A stretch of 64,000 nucleotides of DNA from Pseudomonadota bacterium (GTDB lineage Bacteria; Babelota; Babeliae; Babelales; CAIQNR01): the NCBI GenBank assembly GCA_027487215.1, contig JAIYDZ010000006.1, forward strand, positions 1,829-65,828, written 5' to 3'. Shown here piece by piece: positions 47,397 to 57,145 of the stretch (the stretch's first letter is position 1; the number at the start of each line of letters is the position of its first letter). A model generated the notes under the pieces. The model was not told where the DNA came from, searched no databases, and worked only from the letters and a program-made list of their open reading frames with translations. The position numbers were made by a program, and so were the translations under genes.

Positions 47397-47591
47397 ACTC
47401 TAAAAAAAAGAGCATCTAGAATAGAATAATTCATAATAAAAATTACTCAGATTGTACACTGAAGATGGATTTATCTAAACCAATCAAAGGAGTTGCATTA
47501 AAAAATAAAGGGAGTACAAGTTAAAAGACACCTTAGTTCAAATAGGTTTACAAAGTCGCTCTTTAAGGCGATATGCTTCTGGGAGACTCGC

Positions 47592-49364
47592 ATGACTGAT
47601 CAATTACCTAAAAATTTATCTTCTTTTATATGGCACTTTTTAAAACACTATAAAATCGCTGCGGTGACCTATATTAGTCTTGCAGCATGTGCCGGTCTGT
47701 GGGGGACGTTTAATAACATTTTAGTGAAACACGTTATTAATAGCTTGCCATTGGTGGAAACTGGTAATGCTTCATTGCTGGTATTGCCGGCAGTTTTAAT
47801 AGTTTTGAATTTTATAGTCTTTGATAACATAACCTGGCGATCAATTGGGTATATGGATTATATCTATCAACCAGTTATTACTAATCGTATTATTACCCAA
47901 ACCACTGATTTTGTATTAAGCAACTCTCATCAATATTTTCAAGATAATCTAGCCGGTCGCATTTCTCATCAAATTATTCGGCTTGCTGACAATATAGAAA
48001 AAATTCTCCATCAAATCTCACGTGATTTAATACGTGGCGGGGCCGTTTTAATTATTGCCTTTATTACAAGCTACTCAGTCAATCCAGTATTTTTTTATAT
48101 ACTTTTGTTATGGTTTATTGGTTTTTCATCATTCAGCCTCTATATGTCAAAACGTCTTGTGCAACTTGCCAATGATCATGCCACACAAGAAGCAGCACTT
48201 TCAGGACAATTGGTAGACTGCATCAGCAATCAAAGCAATATAAGACTTTTTGCAAAAAAAGATTACGAACTTTCAAGAATGCAAACATTTTTAGTCCTTA
48301 TTAAAAATGCATTTCAAACAAAAGAACTTTTCACCATTTTTCTTTATAGCATTCAAGGATTGATGATTGCTTTGATGATGGCTAGTGCACTCTATTTCCT
48401 TATTGACCTTCACCTAAAAAACCTTATTACACCCGGTGATTTTGCACTGATTTTGGGGCTTTCAATGGAAGTAGCTCATATGACATGGTACACCATGTCA
48501 CGTGTTGATGAATTTAATGATGCAGTAGGAAAATGTAGACAGTGTCTTTCATCATTACTCATAAAGCCTACTCTTATTGATAAACCAGATGCTTCTGAAC
48601 TATCAGTAACAGAAGGCAAAATCGTATTCAACTCAGTAAGTTTTCATTACAAAGACGTAGATACAATTTTTAATAACCAATCCATAACTATAGAACCCGG
48701 ACAAAAAGTAGGACTTGTTGGCTATTCAGGAAGTGGAAAATCTACGTTTGTAAATCTTATCATGCGTCTTTATGAGGTAACTGAAGGATCAATACTTATT
48801 GACAACCAAGACATTGGTAATGTAACCCAAGACTCTCTCCATAGCGCAATAGGAATCATCCCCCAAGACCCTTCTTTGTTTCATAGAAATATAACTGAAA
48901 ATATTCGTTACGCCAGACCAGAAGCAACTGACGAACAGGTAATTAATGCTGCAAAGCAAGCGTATGCACACGATTTTATTATAAAGACTCCAAAAAGTTA
49001 TGATGCATTAGTCGGTGAGCGCGGCATAAAACTTTCTGGTGGTCAGCGCCAACGTATTGCCATCGCACGGGCCATCTTAAAAGATGCACCTATTTTAATT
49101 CTTGATGAAGCTACTTCTCAACTTGATTCAATCACTGAAAACAGCATCCAAGAGAGTCTCTGGAACCTTATGAAAAACAAAACAACACTCGTTATTGCAC
49201 ATCGTCTTTCAACACTCCTTAACATGGATCGCATCTTAGTATTTGATAGAGGAAATATTGTCCAGGACGGCACACATAGTCAGCTTCTTGAACAAAACGG
49301 TTTATATAAAACCTTATGGAACATGCAAGTCTGTGGATCTTTACCTGATAAAACTGAAGAGTAA
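47592..49364 (+). CDS. ABC exporter, fused permease/ATPase (MsbA/multidrug type)
   Basis: Six-TM N-terminal half. Walker A GYSGSGKST. Signature LSGGQRQRIAIARA. Walker B ILILDEATS. Confidence 0.9.
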   Translation: MTDQLPKNLSSFIWHFLKHYKIAAVTYISLAACAGLWGTFNNILVKHVINSLPLVETGNASLLVLPAVLIVLNFIVFDNITWRSIGYMDYIYQPVITNRIITQTTDFVLSNSHQYFQDNLAGRISHQIIRLADNIEKILHQISRDLIRGGAVLIIAFITSYSVNPVFFYILLLWFIGFSSFSLYMSKRLVQLANDHATQEAALSGQLVDCISNQSNIRLFAKKDYELSRMQTFLVLIKNAFQTKELFTIFLYSIQGLMIALMMASALYFLIDLHLKNLITPGDFALILGLSMEVAHMTWYTMSRVDEFNDAVGKCRQCLSSLLIKPTLIDKPDASELSVTEGKIVFNSVSFHYKDVDTIFNNQSITIEPGQKVGLVGYSGSGKSTFVNLIMRLYEVTEGSILIDNQDIGNVTQDSLHSAIGIIPQDPSLFHRNITENIRYARPEATDEQVINAAKQAYAHDFIIKTPKSYDALVGERGIKLSGGQRQRIAIARAILKDAPILILDEATSQLDSITENSIQESLWNLMKNKTTLVIAHRLSTLLNMDRILVFDRGNIVQDGTHSQLLEQNGLYKTLWNMQVCGSLPDKTEE

Positions 49365-49410
49365 TCTCATAATAGTCGTGCTAAAAGTAATCATAAAGAT
49401 GCTTAACCGA

Positions 49411-49899
49411 CTAATTGTACTGCCATATATAAAAATTTAAGTATGTAGCAAATAAAATCCATGCTAAATAAGGAAGCATGAGAATCGAGACTGATCTTAT
49501 CTTTGCATAAGAAAAGTAAATAATCATTCCGACACTCACGTCCATAACCACTAAAGAAACAAGAGAAACCCCTGTTAAATGATAATAAAAAAACAAAGGA
49601 GACCAACTCCAATTTAAAAGTAACTGCATTACATAGAGACGTTTTATCAGTATTAGTTTTGAAAATGATTGCGTACGCCACAAAGTCCAACCAGAAAGAG
49701 CAATCACTATATACAAAAGAGTCCAGGCAATAGGAAATACGTAACTTGGTGGGGTTAAAACTGATCGATTTAAAGTAGTATACCAAGTATCAACATTTGA
49801 TCTTGTTAAAGCTCCCAAGACAGAACTTATAACAAGAAGTCCACTAATCCATAAAGCTAAAGAAAGATACTCTGTATTTTTTATTTTCATGTGCCACAA
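49411..49899 (-). CDS. tspO: Tryptophan-rich sensory protein TspO/MBR
   Basis: 162 aa, five TM segments. PPSYVFPIAWTLLY and LLLNWSWSPLFF motifs. Confidence 0.8.
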   Translation of the reverse strand: MWHMKIKNTEYLSLALWISGLLVISSVLGALTRSNVDTWYTTLNRSVLTPPSYVFPIAWTLLYIVIALSGWTLWRTQSFSKLILIKRLYVMQLLLNWSWSPLFFYYHLTGVSLVSLVVMDVSVGMIIYFSYAKIRSVSILMLPYLAWILFATYLNFYIWQYN

Positions 49900-50135
49900 C
49901 CCTCTTAATAACTCTTTCTAGTTTTAACTTAGTATTATTCAAAAGTTGTATTCCATTAATGTTTATAAATAATAAGATTAGCAAAGAGCTACTTTTTAAG
50001 TATTACTGTCGACATCAAAACTACGATTGAGCTTCTTAATAAGTCAATTAATAAGGTGTGAAAAAAACATACATAATAAAAAAGCATGCTTACTCTTATA
50101 AAGTAAACATGCTTTATAGCTTAAAACTATTTTTA

Positions 50136-50224
50136 TGGAGAGAGGGGGACTTAAACCCCCGATACCCCTTTCGGGATATACACGATTTCCAATCGTGCTC
50201 CTTCAACCACTCAGACATCTCTCC
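50136..50224 (-). tRNA. tRNA-Ser(GGA) copy 1, with a non-canonical T-loop (possible pseudo-tRNA)
   Basis: Same as copies 2 and 3 except G7 to A and T-loop TTTAAGT instead of TTCGAAT (C56 and G57 lost). Confidence 0.6.
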
Positions 50225-50234
50225 GAAAAATACT

Positions 50235-50363
50235 TTACTCGCCTGAGTTCAAGAATGCATTTAAAGCTTGAACGGTTTCTTCTAAATCAAGAGCTTCTTT
50301 ACGAGCTTTTTCAAACGTATCACAAACACGTGCTGCAGCTTGCGCAAGGTAATCAATCAACAA
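50235..50363 (-). pseudogene. Relic of the rpsB 3' end (42 codons plus stop, internally deleted)
   Basis: Translates as LLIDYLAQAAARVCDTFEKARKEALDLEETVQALNAFLNSGE*. Real S2 C-terminus is LLIDYLAQAASRGRDTFEKARKEAIDQEK...EETTQALNAFLNSGE*. Same spacing to the adjacent tRNA-Ser as at 53108/53119. Confidence 0.8.
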
Positions 50364-50437
50364 GTGTTAATACAGAATAGCCCTTATAAACAACAGCGAG
50401 ATGCACAAGTGGGGGGATTTTCGTCTGAAATTAAATC

Positions 50438-51493
50438 TTAATTTTCTGTTAGTTTTTTTTCTCTTAACTTCTGAGCATGCTTAAAAAGATATTCTGCACG
50501 TTCAGCACAATGAGGATGTAAAGTCTCTAATTCATAAAAAAATGAATGTTTTCTAACCAATGCCTTTACCTTGTCTTGCTGTTCAAGAGTTAAGCTTTTT
50601 TGTAATTCTGAGATCAAAATATTATTAAGTTCATCTTCTAACAACAAACACGCTCCCGCTTCAATCACTTCCGGACAATATGAAGCATTAAGATCACACT
50701 TTTTTTCCTCCTCCACGGCAATTTTAGTAGCTGCAATTTTTTCAAATCCTATGACCGGCAACAGAGCGCTTACCGATTTTAACAGTCCTAAACCTCGTGA
50801 CTGTAAGAAGCTATATACTCCTAATTGCACTGCTTTAGAAAGAGAGTTACATCCCATCACAGGTTTTTTAATAAGTCTTTCTTCCACTTCTTTTACATGG
50901 CCCATTTCATGACCTATTACATACTGTATTTGCCTTAAAAACTCTTTTGTTTTTTCACATTCCTCTTGAGACGCTTCGGAAGGACAAACCACTGCCGATC
51001 CGCTATCTGACAAAGAGGATCCTATGAAAAAGCAATCTTCAGTGATTTGATTAAGACGAGTAATGTCCTTTGAACCCATTCGTATATAAATTGCACGAGA
51101 CCCAATAGCAACCCCTGCATAAGGATTGTCCGGATCAACTGTAAATTCTATGGATTTTTTAGTGGGATAAATGTCTCGGGCAAGATCTTGAATGAGTTTT
51201 TGAGTTACCAAAGAAGGATAGACATTTTTGGGAAACCAGCCGTACAGTCTCTTGCTTTCTTCCTCGAGTACCATCATTTCATATTGCACCTCAGCCAGTT
51301 TTTGAGTGTGCTCTATGTCATGATAGGAAAAAGCATTGTAACCTGATTTAACAGCTTGATATGCTAAAGCAGTTTTCACTCCCAGATCAACAACGCGCGA
51401 AGCTGTGGTACGCCACGCCCCTAACAAAGGAGCATTAAAACCACATAATACTACACAAAAAAACACTAATTTCTTAAACATAAATAACCCCAT
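50438..51493 (-). CDS. Secreted M48-like zinc metallopeptidase, paralog A
   Basis: Signal peptide. HExxH in VIGHEMGHV. Downstream EEEKKCDLNAS (ExxxD-like third ligand region). LHPHCAERAEYL (HPxxxxR). Confidence 0.6.
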   Translation of the reverse strand: MGLFMFKKLVFFCVVLCGFNAPLLGAWRTTASRVVDLGVKTALAYQAVKSGYNAFSYHDIEHTQKLAEVQYEMMVLEEESKRLYGWFPKNVYPSLVTQKLIQDLARDIYPTKKSIEFTVDPDNPYAGVAIGSRAIYIRMGSKDITRLNQITEDCFFIGSSLSDSGSAVVCPSEASQEECEKTKEFLRQIQYVIGHEMGHVKEVEERLIKKPVMGCNSLSKAVQLGVYSFLQSRGLGLLKSVSALLPVIGFEKIAATKIAVEEEKKCDLNASYCPEVIEAGACLLLEDELNNILISELQKSLTLEQQDKVKALVRKHSFFYELETLHPHCAERAEYLFKHAQKLREKKLTEN

Positions 51494-51740
51494 ATCATTT
51501 TGGTCTAACCTCTTTCTTAATTATATCACTCAACCAAACTCTATACAAAAGGCTTACTAAGCTTAAATTCAGATATTTATTGGGCTTACACTAAAAAAAT
51601 AAGTTTGTTATTTAAAACAAACTTATTATAAAACATTTTGCAAGATTAAAGGGACAATACTTCACTCAGATCTATCAGTTTTACTGTACTCTCAAAGTCA
51701 TTTGATAGGCTGGCCTGCCATACGAAGTGCTGGCGAAGTT

Positions 51741-51829
51741 TGGAGAGAGGGGGATTCGAACCCCCGATACCCCTTTCGGGATATACACGATTTCCAATCG
51801 TGCTCCTTCAACCACTCAGACACCTCTCC
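51741..51829 (-). tRNA. tRNA-Ser (anticodon GGA), copy 2
   Basis: Class II cloverleaf. Acceptor GGAGAGG/TCTCTCC. Anticodon stem CACGA/TCGTG with loop TTGGAAA. Long variable arm. T arm GGGGG-TTCGAAT-CCCCC. Confidence 0.9.
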
Positions 51830-51863
51830 GAATCTTCTTTAGAAGCAGATCAGTACGATCCTA

Positions 51864-52832
51864 TTACTTACTTAACTTATTTATACAATCTTCTAGATAT
51901 TTGATTCGATCTGAGTGACAAGGATGTAAGGATAAAATCTCAAATAATATTTTTATTATCTTTATTTTTTCCGATGCTTTACCACCCAATAAATCTCCTT
52001 CATAAGCTTTTTGAAAAAAGGTTACTCCTGCCTTCAAAATGGTAAGATCCTGAGAAGCCTGTAAATCACATTCTTTTTCTAAAGAAACAAGTGCTTTTAC
52101 TTTCGCATACTTAACAGGAAGAACACATAACAGTGAAGTTATAATTCCAAAACCAGCTTTGCGTGCCGCTCCATAACAAGCAAGAGAAACAATATCACTT
52201 AATAAATGTAGAATATCAAAATTTTTCAGGAAAGGATGCTCTTCTCTTTGTTTTATATGGACTGTTTCATGCCCGACACAAAATGTTATTTCTGCTAAAT
52301 CTTTCTGAGCTTGCTCTCTTTTACTATCATACTTATTTTCTGCACCCTCTTGGAGACTCTTTGAAGCTAAAACAGATTCCGGAGAAAGAGTAGCCAGAGA
52401 GTTCTCTAATGTTTCAGCATAAGACTTTGAAAAAATAATATAATGAGCATTTTTACAGGACAAGGAAGCCGCAGCATCGGTACTGCTACCTGCATTATCG
52501 ATAACAAATCTTACAGTTTTTTTACTCTTATAAATTTTAGTACTCACCTCTGTAAGAAGCTTAGTCGCCTTAGCAGAAAATAAACTATATTGCAGCTGCC
52601 CTTGTTCACATAACTCTGGGTCATATACCTTATGACAACTGTCAGCTACTAATTTATCCATAAAATCAGAATGCTGAACACTGGTTACTAAAGCACTTTT
52701 TAAAATATTATAAGTTAAACCAATAACTATTGCACCATTAGTCACCTTACTCACATAAGACATAAAGCCCGCCTGTGTAGTATTTAAGGTAGAACACATC
52801 ACCAATAAAGATAAAAATAATTTTTTAACCAT
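51864..52832 (-). CDS. Secreted M48-like zinc metallopeptidase, paralog B
   Basis: Signal peptide MVKKLFLSLLVMCSTLNTTQA. HExxH in CVGHETVHI. LEKECDLQAS. LHPCHSDRIKYL. Collinear with paralog A. Confidence 0.6.
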   Translation of the reverse strand: MVKKLFLSLLVMCSTLNTTQAGFMSYVSKVTNGAIVIGLTYNILKSALVTSVQHSDFMDKLVADSCHKVYDPELCEQGQLQYSLFSAKATKLLTEVSTKIYKSKKTVRFVIDNAGSSTDAAASLSCKNAHYIIFSKSYAETLENSLATLSPESVLASKSLQEGAENKYDSKREQAQKDLAEITFCVGHETVHIKQREEHPFLKNFDILHLLSDIVSLACYGAARKAGFGIITSLLCVLPVKYAKVKALVSLEKECDLQASQDLTILKAGVTFFQKAYEGDLLGGKASEKIKIIKILFEILSLHPCHSDRIKYLEDCINKLSK

Positions 52833-53019
52833 GAATAAGCCTCCATTTACTAACCTAGCCTCTTTTATAACGCCATATATAACATCATAGCAAAGCTCAA
52901 TAATTCTGACAAAAGCCCTCTACAAGCTTAAAATCCGCTCTTAAGGTTTTTTATATATAATAAAAAAAGACAGGCTTATCATAAAAATAAACCTGTCTTT
53001 TAATTTAAAACTATTTTTA

Positions 53020-53108
53020 TGGAGAGAGGGGGATTCGAACCCCCGATACCCCTTTCGGGATATACACGATTTCCAATCGTGCTCCTTCAACCACTCAGAC
53101 ACCTCTCC
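53020..53108 (-). tRNA. tRNA-Ser (anticodon GGA), copy 3
   Basis: Identical to copy 2. Lies 10 nt downstream of the rpsB stop. Confidence 0.9.
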
Positions 53109-53118
53109 GAAAAATACT

Positions 53119-53952
53119 TTACTCGCCTGAATTCAAGAATGCATTCAAAGCTTGAGTAGTTTCTTCTTTTTGAACAGGAGTAGCAGCTACTTGAACTGGT
53201 TCGTCTTGTTTTTTCTTCTTTTCACCAAGAGCTACTTTTTCTTGATCAATAGCTTCTTTGCGCGCTTTTTCAAAAGTATCACGACCACGTGACGCTGCTT
53301 GAGCAAGGTAATCGATCAACAATTTGATTGAACGTGGAGCGTCATCGTTTGCTGGAATAACATATTCAATGCCTGATGGATTGCTGTTAGTATCAAGAAG
53401 ACCAACAACAGGTGTACCTGTGCTGATTGCTTCTTTAATTGCTGACATTTCTTTACGTCCGTCAACAATAACAATTGCCCCAACTGGCCATCTCATTGCA
53501 CTGATACCACCAACGTTTTTACGAAGACGATCAATACGTTTTTGGAAGCTGTTTAATTCTTTTTTAGTGTACAAAGAATTTTCGCTGGTCTTTTTAAGAA
53601 CTTCTTCAAGGTGTAACAACTTGGTTACAGACTTTTTAACTTGAAGATAGTTTGTCAAAGTACCACCGATCCAACGGTGAGTCACATAAGGCATACGTGA
53701 TGTTGCGCCAGCTTCTGCAATAGCAAGTTGTGCAGGTTTTTTAGTTCCGATCCATAAAATGGTCTTGCCTTCAGCTGCAACTGATTCCAAAAACTTTGCT
53801 GATTTTTCAAGCTGATTAGCTGTTTTTGAAACGTCAATTAAATGAACGCCATTTTTTTGGCCCCAGATGTAAGGAGCCATACGTGGACACCAACGTGATG
53901 ATTGGTGACCAAAATGAACGCCAGCTTTAACAAGTAATCTAAAATCGATCAT
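53119..53952 (-). CDS. rpsB: 30S ribosomal protein S2
   Basis: LLVKAGVHFGHQSSRWCPRMAPYIWG... is the canonical S2 N-terminus. Acidic/Lys-rich C-terminal extension. Confidence 0.95.
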   Translation of the reverse strand: MIDFRLLVKAGVHFGHQSSRWCPRMAPYIWGQKNGVHLIDVSKTANQLEKSAKFLESVAAEGKTILWIGTKKPAQLAIAEAGATSRMPYVTHRWIGGTLTNYLQVKKSVTKLLHLEEVLKKTSENSLYTKKELNSFQKRIDRLRKNVGGISAMRWPVGAIVIVDGRKEMSAIKEAISTGTPVVGLLDTNSNPSGIEYVIPANDDAPRSIKLLIDYLAQAASRGRDTFEKARKEAIDQEKVALGEKKKKQDEPVQVAATPVQKEETTQALNAFLNSGE

Positions 53953-54069
53953 GGAAATACCTTCTGTGGGGTTTTACTACCTACCTCCTGGCAAAAACGC
54001 CACCCCGAAATAAGGAGGAAGGGATTATAAATGTCTGAATATTTTAACAAAATCATCAAAAAAGGCAAC

Positions 54070-55476
54070 CTAAGCGGTCTCCTCGTACTCATCGGAGCCA
54101 ATAACTTCTTGGTTCTTGATAGCCTTGTGATAACGGCGACCCAAGAAATAAGCTACTAATGTCCACACAATGATAATACCACCAAAGAGCGAACCATGAA
54201 TTGTGGCAAACCAAGCTGGACCAAATTGAGAGGATACCCAGTTAATAACTGAACCCATCCCTTTAGCCATTTTCTTACCAAAAGTATCAATCCAGGATTT
54301 AGTTTTAAACTTTACCGCTTTAACCGTTGGAATATAGAGAGACTCTGTTACCGGCTGATTGATTGCATAGTAAATTGCACGAATAATCACAAACGTAATT
54401 AAAAGCGCTGCTGGAGTAGTAGTGAAAGTGTAATAAAGAAGCATTGCGCCCATTGAAAGAGGAATAAATAAGAGTGATAAACGCTCTCCCAATTTTGTAA
54501 CAATCATACGAGTACCAAAGAATGAAATCACAAATCCTACACAGTGCACAGAAAATGAGAGTCCTAACAGGAAGCATGAAGTTCCTGCAATACCGCATCC
54601 AACATCCTGGGCGACCCCTAAACGTTGATAACTAATAACCGCACTAATAACTTCATAAAAAAGCACAAATCCAAAAAGACCAAATGTATAAGGATACTTT
54701 AGAAGCATTCTTAACCCTGACAGCATACCGTCATGATCTTTTCCATCTTTGCTCAGTTTTTTCTCTAGTTTGTATGCCGCTTCATAGCCATGCATATGAG
54801 AACCAGGAACTCTTTTCATCATCAAAAGAACCACACACGGAACAGCAAGCAAAGAAATTGAAGAGATAATAAGAAGTATTTGAATCATCCCCACATCTGT
54901 CAGACCATAGGTATGCAAAGTAGTGCTGTAATAAAGAAATAACCATCCTAAACCGGAACTCAACATACCGCCAACTTTTGAAAAAGCGATCATGATTCCA
55001 TAATTTTGTTTTGCTGAAGAGGGACTAAACACAGAGTTTAAAAATGCCCAAAATACACTCAAAACAAATGGCGAAAAGCTTTCAACAAAGAAATAAAACA
55101 ACCATCCTAGTATTCTATATTGAGAAGTAACTGTGTTTGGAAGACCGTACACAGGATCGCCAATAAAAAACGTACATACTAATCCAATAATGCTATACAA
55201 GGCTGCACAAAAACAAAGCAGCTGATAACGACGCATTGAATCAACAAGTTTTGAATATAAAAAAACAAGCGGAATAAGAACAAAAATAGTAAGCAGTTTT
55301 GCTTGCGGGACCCATTCTCTCCCCACGATTCCCATAAAGACAGAATCTTTTAACTCTTTAATCAAAGTATAAGAAAAAATAACAAAAAAGAACGTGGATC
55401 CAAGAAACAGCGTCTTTAAACGCTCATGCGGTTCAATTTCCCACAATGACTTAAACAGCTTTGACAAAAAACGCAT
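54070..55476 (-). CDS. Nucleotide transporter (TLC/NTT ATP:ADP antiporter family), copy 1
   Basis: 468 aa, about 12 TM segments. N-terminal LKTLFLGSTFFFVIFSYTLIKELKDSVF. C-terminal LYIPTVKAVKFKTKSWIDTFGKKMAKG. Confidence 0.85.
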   Translation of the reverse strand: MRFLSKLFKSLWEIEPHERLKTLFLGSTFFFVIFSYTLIKELKDSVFMGIVGREWVPQAKLLTIFVLIPLVFLYSKLVDSMRRYQLLCFCAALYSIIGLVCTFFIGDPVYGLPNTVTSQYRILGWLFYFFVESFSPFVLSVFWAFLNSVFSPSSAKQNYGIMIAFSKVGGMLSSGLGWLFLYYSTTLHTYGLTDVGMIQILLIISSISLLAVPCVVLLMMKRVPGSHMHGYEAAYKLEKKLSKDGKDHDGMLSGLRMLLKYPYTFGLFGFVLFYEVISAVISYQRLGVAQDVGCGIAGTSCFLLGLSFSVHCVGFVISFFGTRMIVTKLGERLSLLFIPLSMGAMLLYYTFTTTPAALLITFVIIRAIYYAINQPVTESLYIPTVKAVKFKTKSWIDTFGKKMAKGMGSVINWVSSQFGPAWFATIHGSLFGGIIIVWTLVAYFLGRRYHKAIKNQEVIGSDEYEETA

Positions 55477-55662
55477 ACAGTCCTCTTCTTTTGAAAGGTG
55501 TGTCCTCTTTACATTCCGCCATTAGCACATTTGCACTGAGTGCAAAAAAAAGCCCTTGTAAGAATTACACAATTCTACAAAGGCTTAAACTTTTCATATT
55601 ACTACTCTTTAAAGAGAATACATGCTTCCTTTTTTCTGCTGAGAATGTACTACCTGCCATTT

Positions 55663-57000
55663 CTAACATATCTCTTCTTCTCTCTCTACGGCACGTGCGT
55701 GAGCTTTGCCTACAGATACCGCCAAAAGCGCCCATATCAAGACAAGTCCGCAACTAATAAGTGAACTTACCATTATGAAATATGATTCTAGCATAGGACG
55801 AAGGATATGAACAGAAGAACCAACACTTTTTGCCATACGAGAACCAAACACATCAATCCATGCTTTGGCTTTGTATTTTGACTCACGTGTTGTAGGGATA
55901 TAAAGCTGTTCTTTTGCAGGCTGATTTAAGGCATAATTAAGGCCTTTAATTCCTACAAATACTGCCAGTACTGTAGGCAATGTAAAACTATATGAAAGAA
56001 TTCCAATTCCACATAAAACAAGTAACGGCAATAGTAACAATGTTTTTTGCAGTCCCAATCTACGCCCAATAGCTCCAGCTCCAAAAATCAAACTAATAAG
56101 CGCTATGCCATTTGCGTAAATTGCGTATTTAAATAAAAATCCATTGAGTTGAAACTGATTTGTATACACTTGGCTTGCAAGCGTTTTCAAATGGAACTCA
56201 ATAATAACAAAAACAGTTTCATATAAAACCACAATTCCCACTATTCCCAGTAAATAGGTATGTGAGAAAATAAGAGAAATACCTTCAAAAAAACCTACCT
56301 GTCTTTTATGAACAGTTTTTTCTGGAGCCTTATGAAAACCAACCAACTCTGACGCTGGGGTAACACGCATAAAATAAACAACTGCTAGTCCGATACAAGC
56401 AATTCCTATTGCTCCAATAAAAGCAAAAGGAGCTGCTCCCCATTGCTGTGCAGCCCGGTAAAACATTAAAGGTCCTAAAACCCCGCCCACCTGCGCACCA
56501 AAGGCAATAATACTAAACCCCTTTTTTGCTGATTCGGGAGTTGAAACATCTGAAGCAAAGCTCCAAAAAGAAGCAACGATAATTGACCCAAAACTTTCAA
56601 CAAATGCATACCATAGCCATCCCAAAGATCGGTATACATTAAGATCTGTATTAGAAAGACCTATGAGCGGATGAACCATGCACAAACCAAAAACACAGGA
56701 AATAAGCGCATACATTCCGCATAAAATGTAAAATGCACGGTGCCGTGGATAAAGGTCCACAAGCTTGCTGTAAGCAAACAATAAAGGAATAAGAAAAAGT
56801 ATTGAAAAAATCTTTGCATAGGCCAGGTAATCGCGCCCTACTGTATGAACAAACACTACATCTTTGGTCGGATTGATAATCCAATAGACACCAATGGTAA
56901 AAGCAAAAATCCATGCAAGCCTTACAAATTTACGCGCCTCTTGAACGCTTGCAAAAGTTCCCCATACATGACCGAAGAGAGAGTTTAACATACCGCGCAT
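55663..57000 (-). CDS. Nucleotide transporter (TLC/NTT family), copy 2
   Basis: 445 aa. WIINPTKDVVF. LYIPTTRESKYKAKAWIDVFGSRMAKS. Confidence 0.85.
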   Translation of the reverse strand: MRGMLNSLFGHVWGTFASVQEARKFVRLAWIFAFTIGVYWIINPTKDVVFVHTVGRDYLAYAKIFSILFLIPLLFAYSKLVDLYPRHRAFYILCGMYALISCVFGLCMVHPLIGLSNTDLNVYRSLGWLWYAFVESFGSIIVASFWSFASDVSTPESAKKGFSIIAFGAQVGGVLGPLMFYRAAQQWGAAPFAFIGAIGIACIGLAVVYFMRVTPASELVGFHKAPEKTVHKRQVGFFEGISLIFSHTYLLGIVGIVVLYETVFVIIEFHLKTLASQVYTNQFQLNGFLFKYAIYANGIALISLIFGAGAIGRRLGLQKTLLLLPLLVLCGIGILSYSFTLPTVLAVFVGIKGLNYALNQPAKEQLYIPTTRESKYKAKAWIDVFGSRMAKSVGSSVHILRPMLESYFIMVSSLISCGLVLIWALLAVSVGKAHARAVEREEEIC

Positions 57001-57079
57001 TCCCCTTACCAGTAAGAACCTTGTGGAACTATCACAAGAAAATCTTAGAGTATTTGTGACTTGAAAAAGAAAGAAGAAT

Positions 57080-57106
57080 AACCTTCTGCCTTAAAGACAG
57101 AAGGTT
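57080..57106 (-). terminator. Intrinsic terminator downstream of NTT copy 3
   Basis: AACCTTCTG-9 nt-CAGAAGGTT. Followed on the minus strand by ATTCTTCTTTCTTTTTC. Confidence 0.55.
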
Positions 57107-57145
57107 GAAAACCACCATTTCCCCTATCCAATTCAAAAAATTCTC

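Noticed and set aside
50058-50380. Plus-strand ORFs of 62 and 81 aa, and the similar ORF at 51727-51918
   Set aside because: They run antisense across the tRNA-Ser copies and the rpsB relic. The conserved REGDLNPRYPFRDIHDFQS-type translation is simply the tRNA sequence read as protein.
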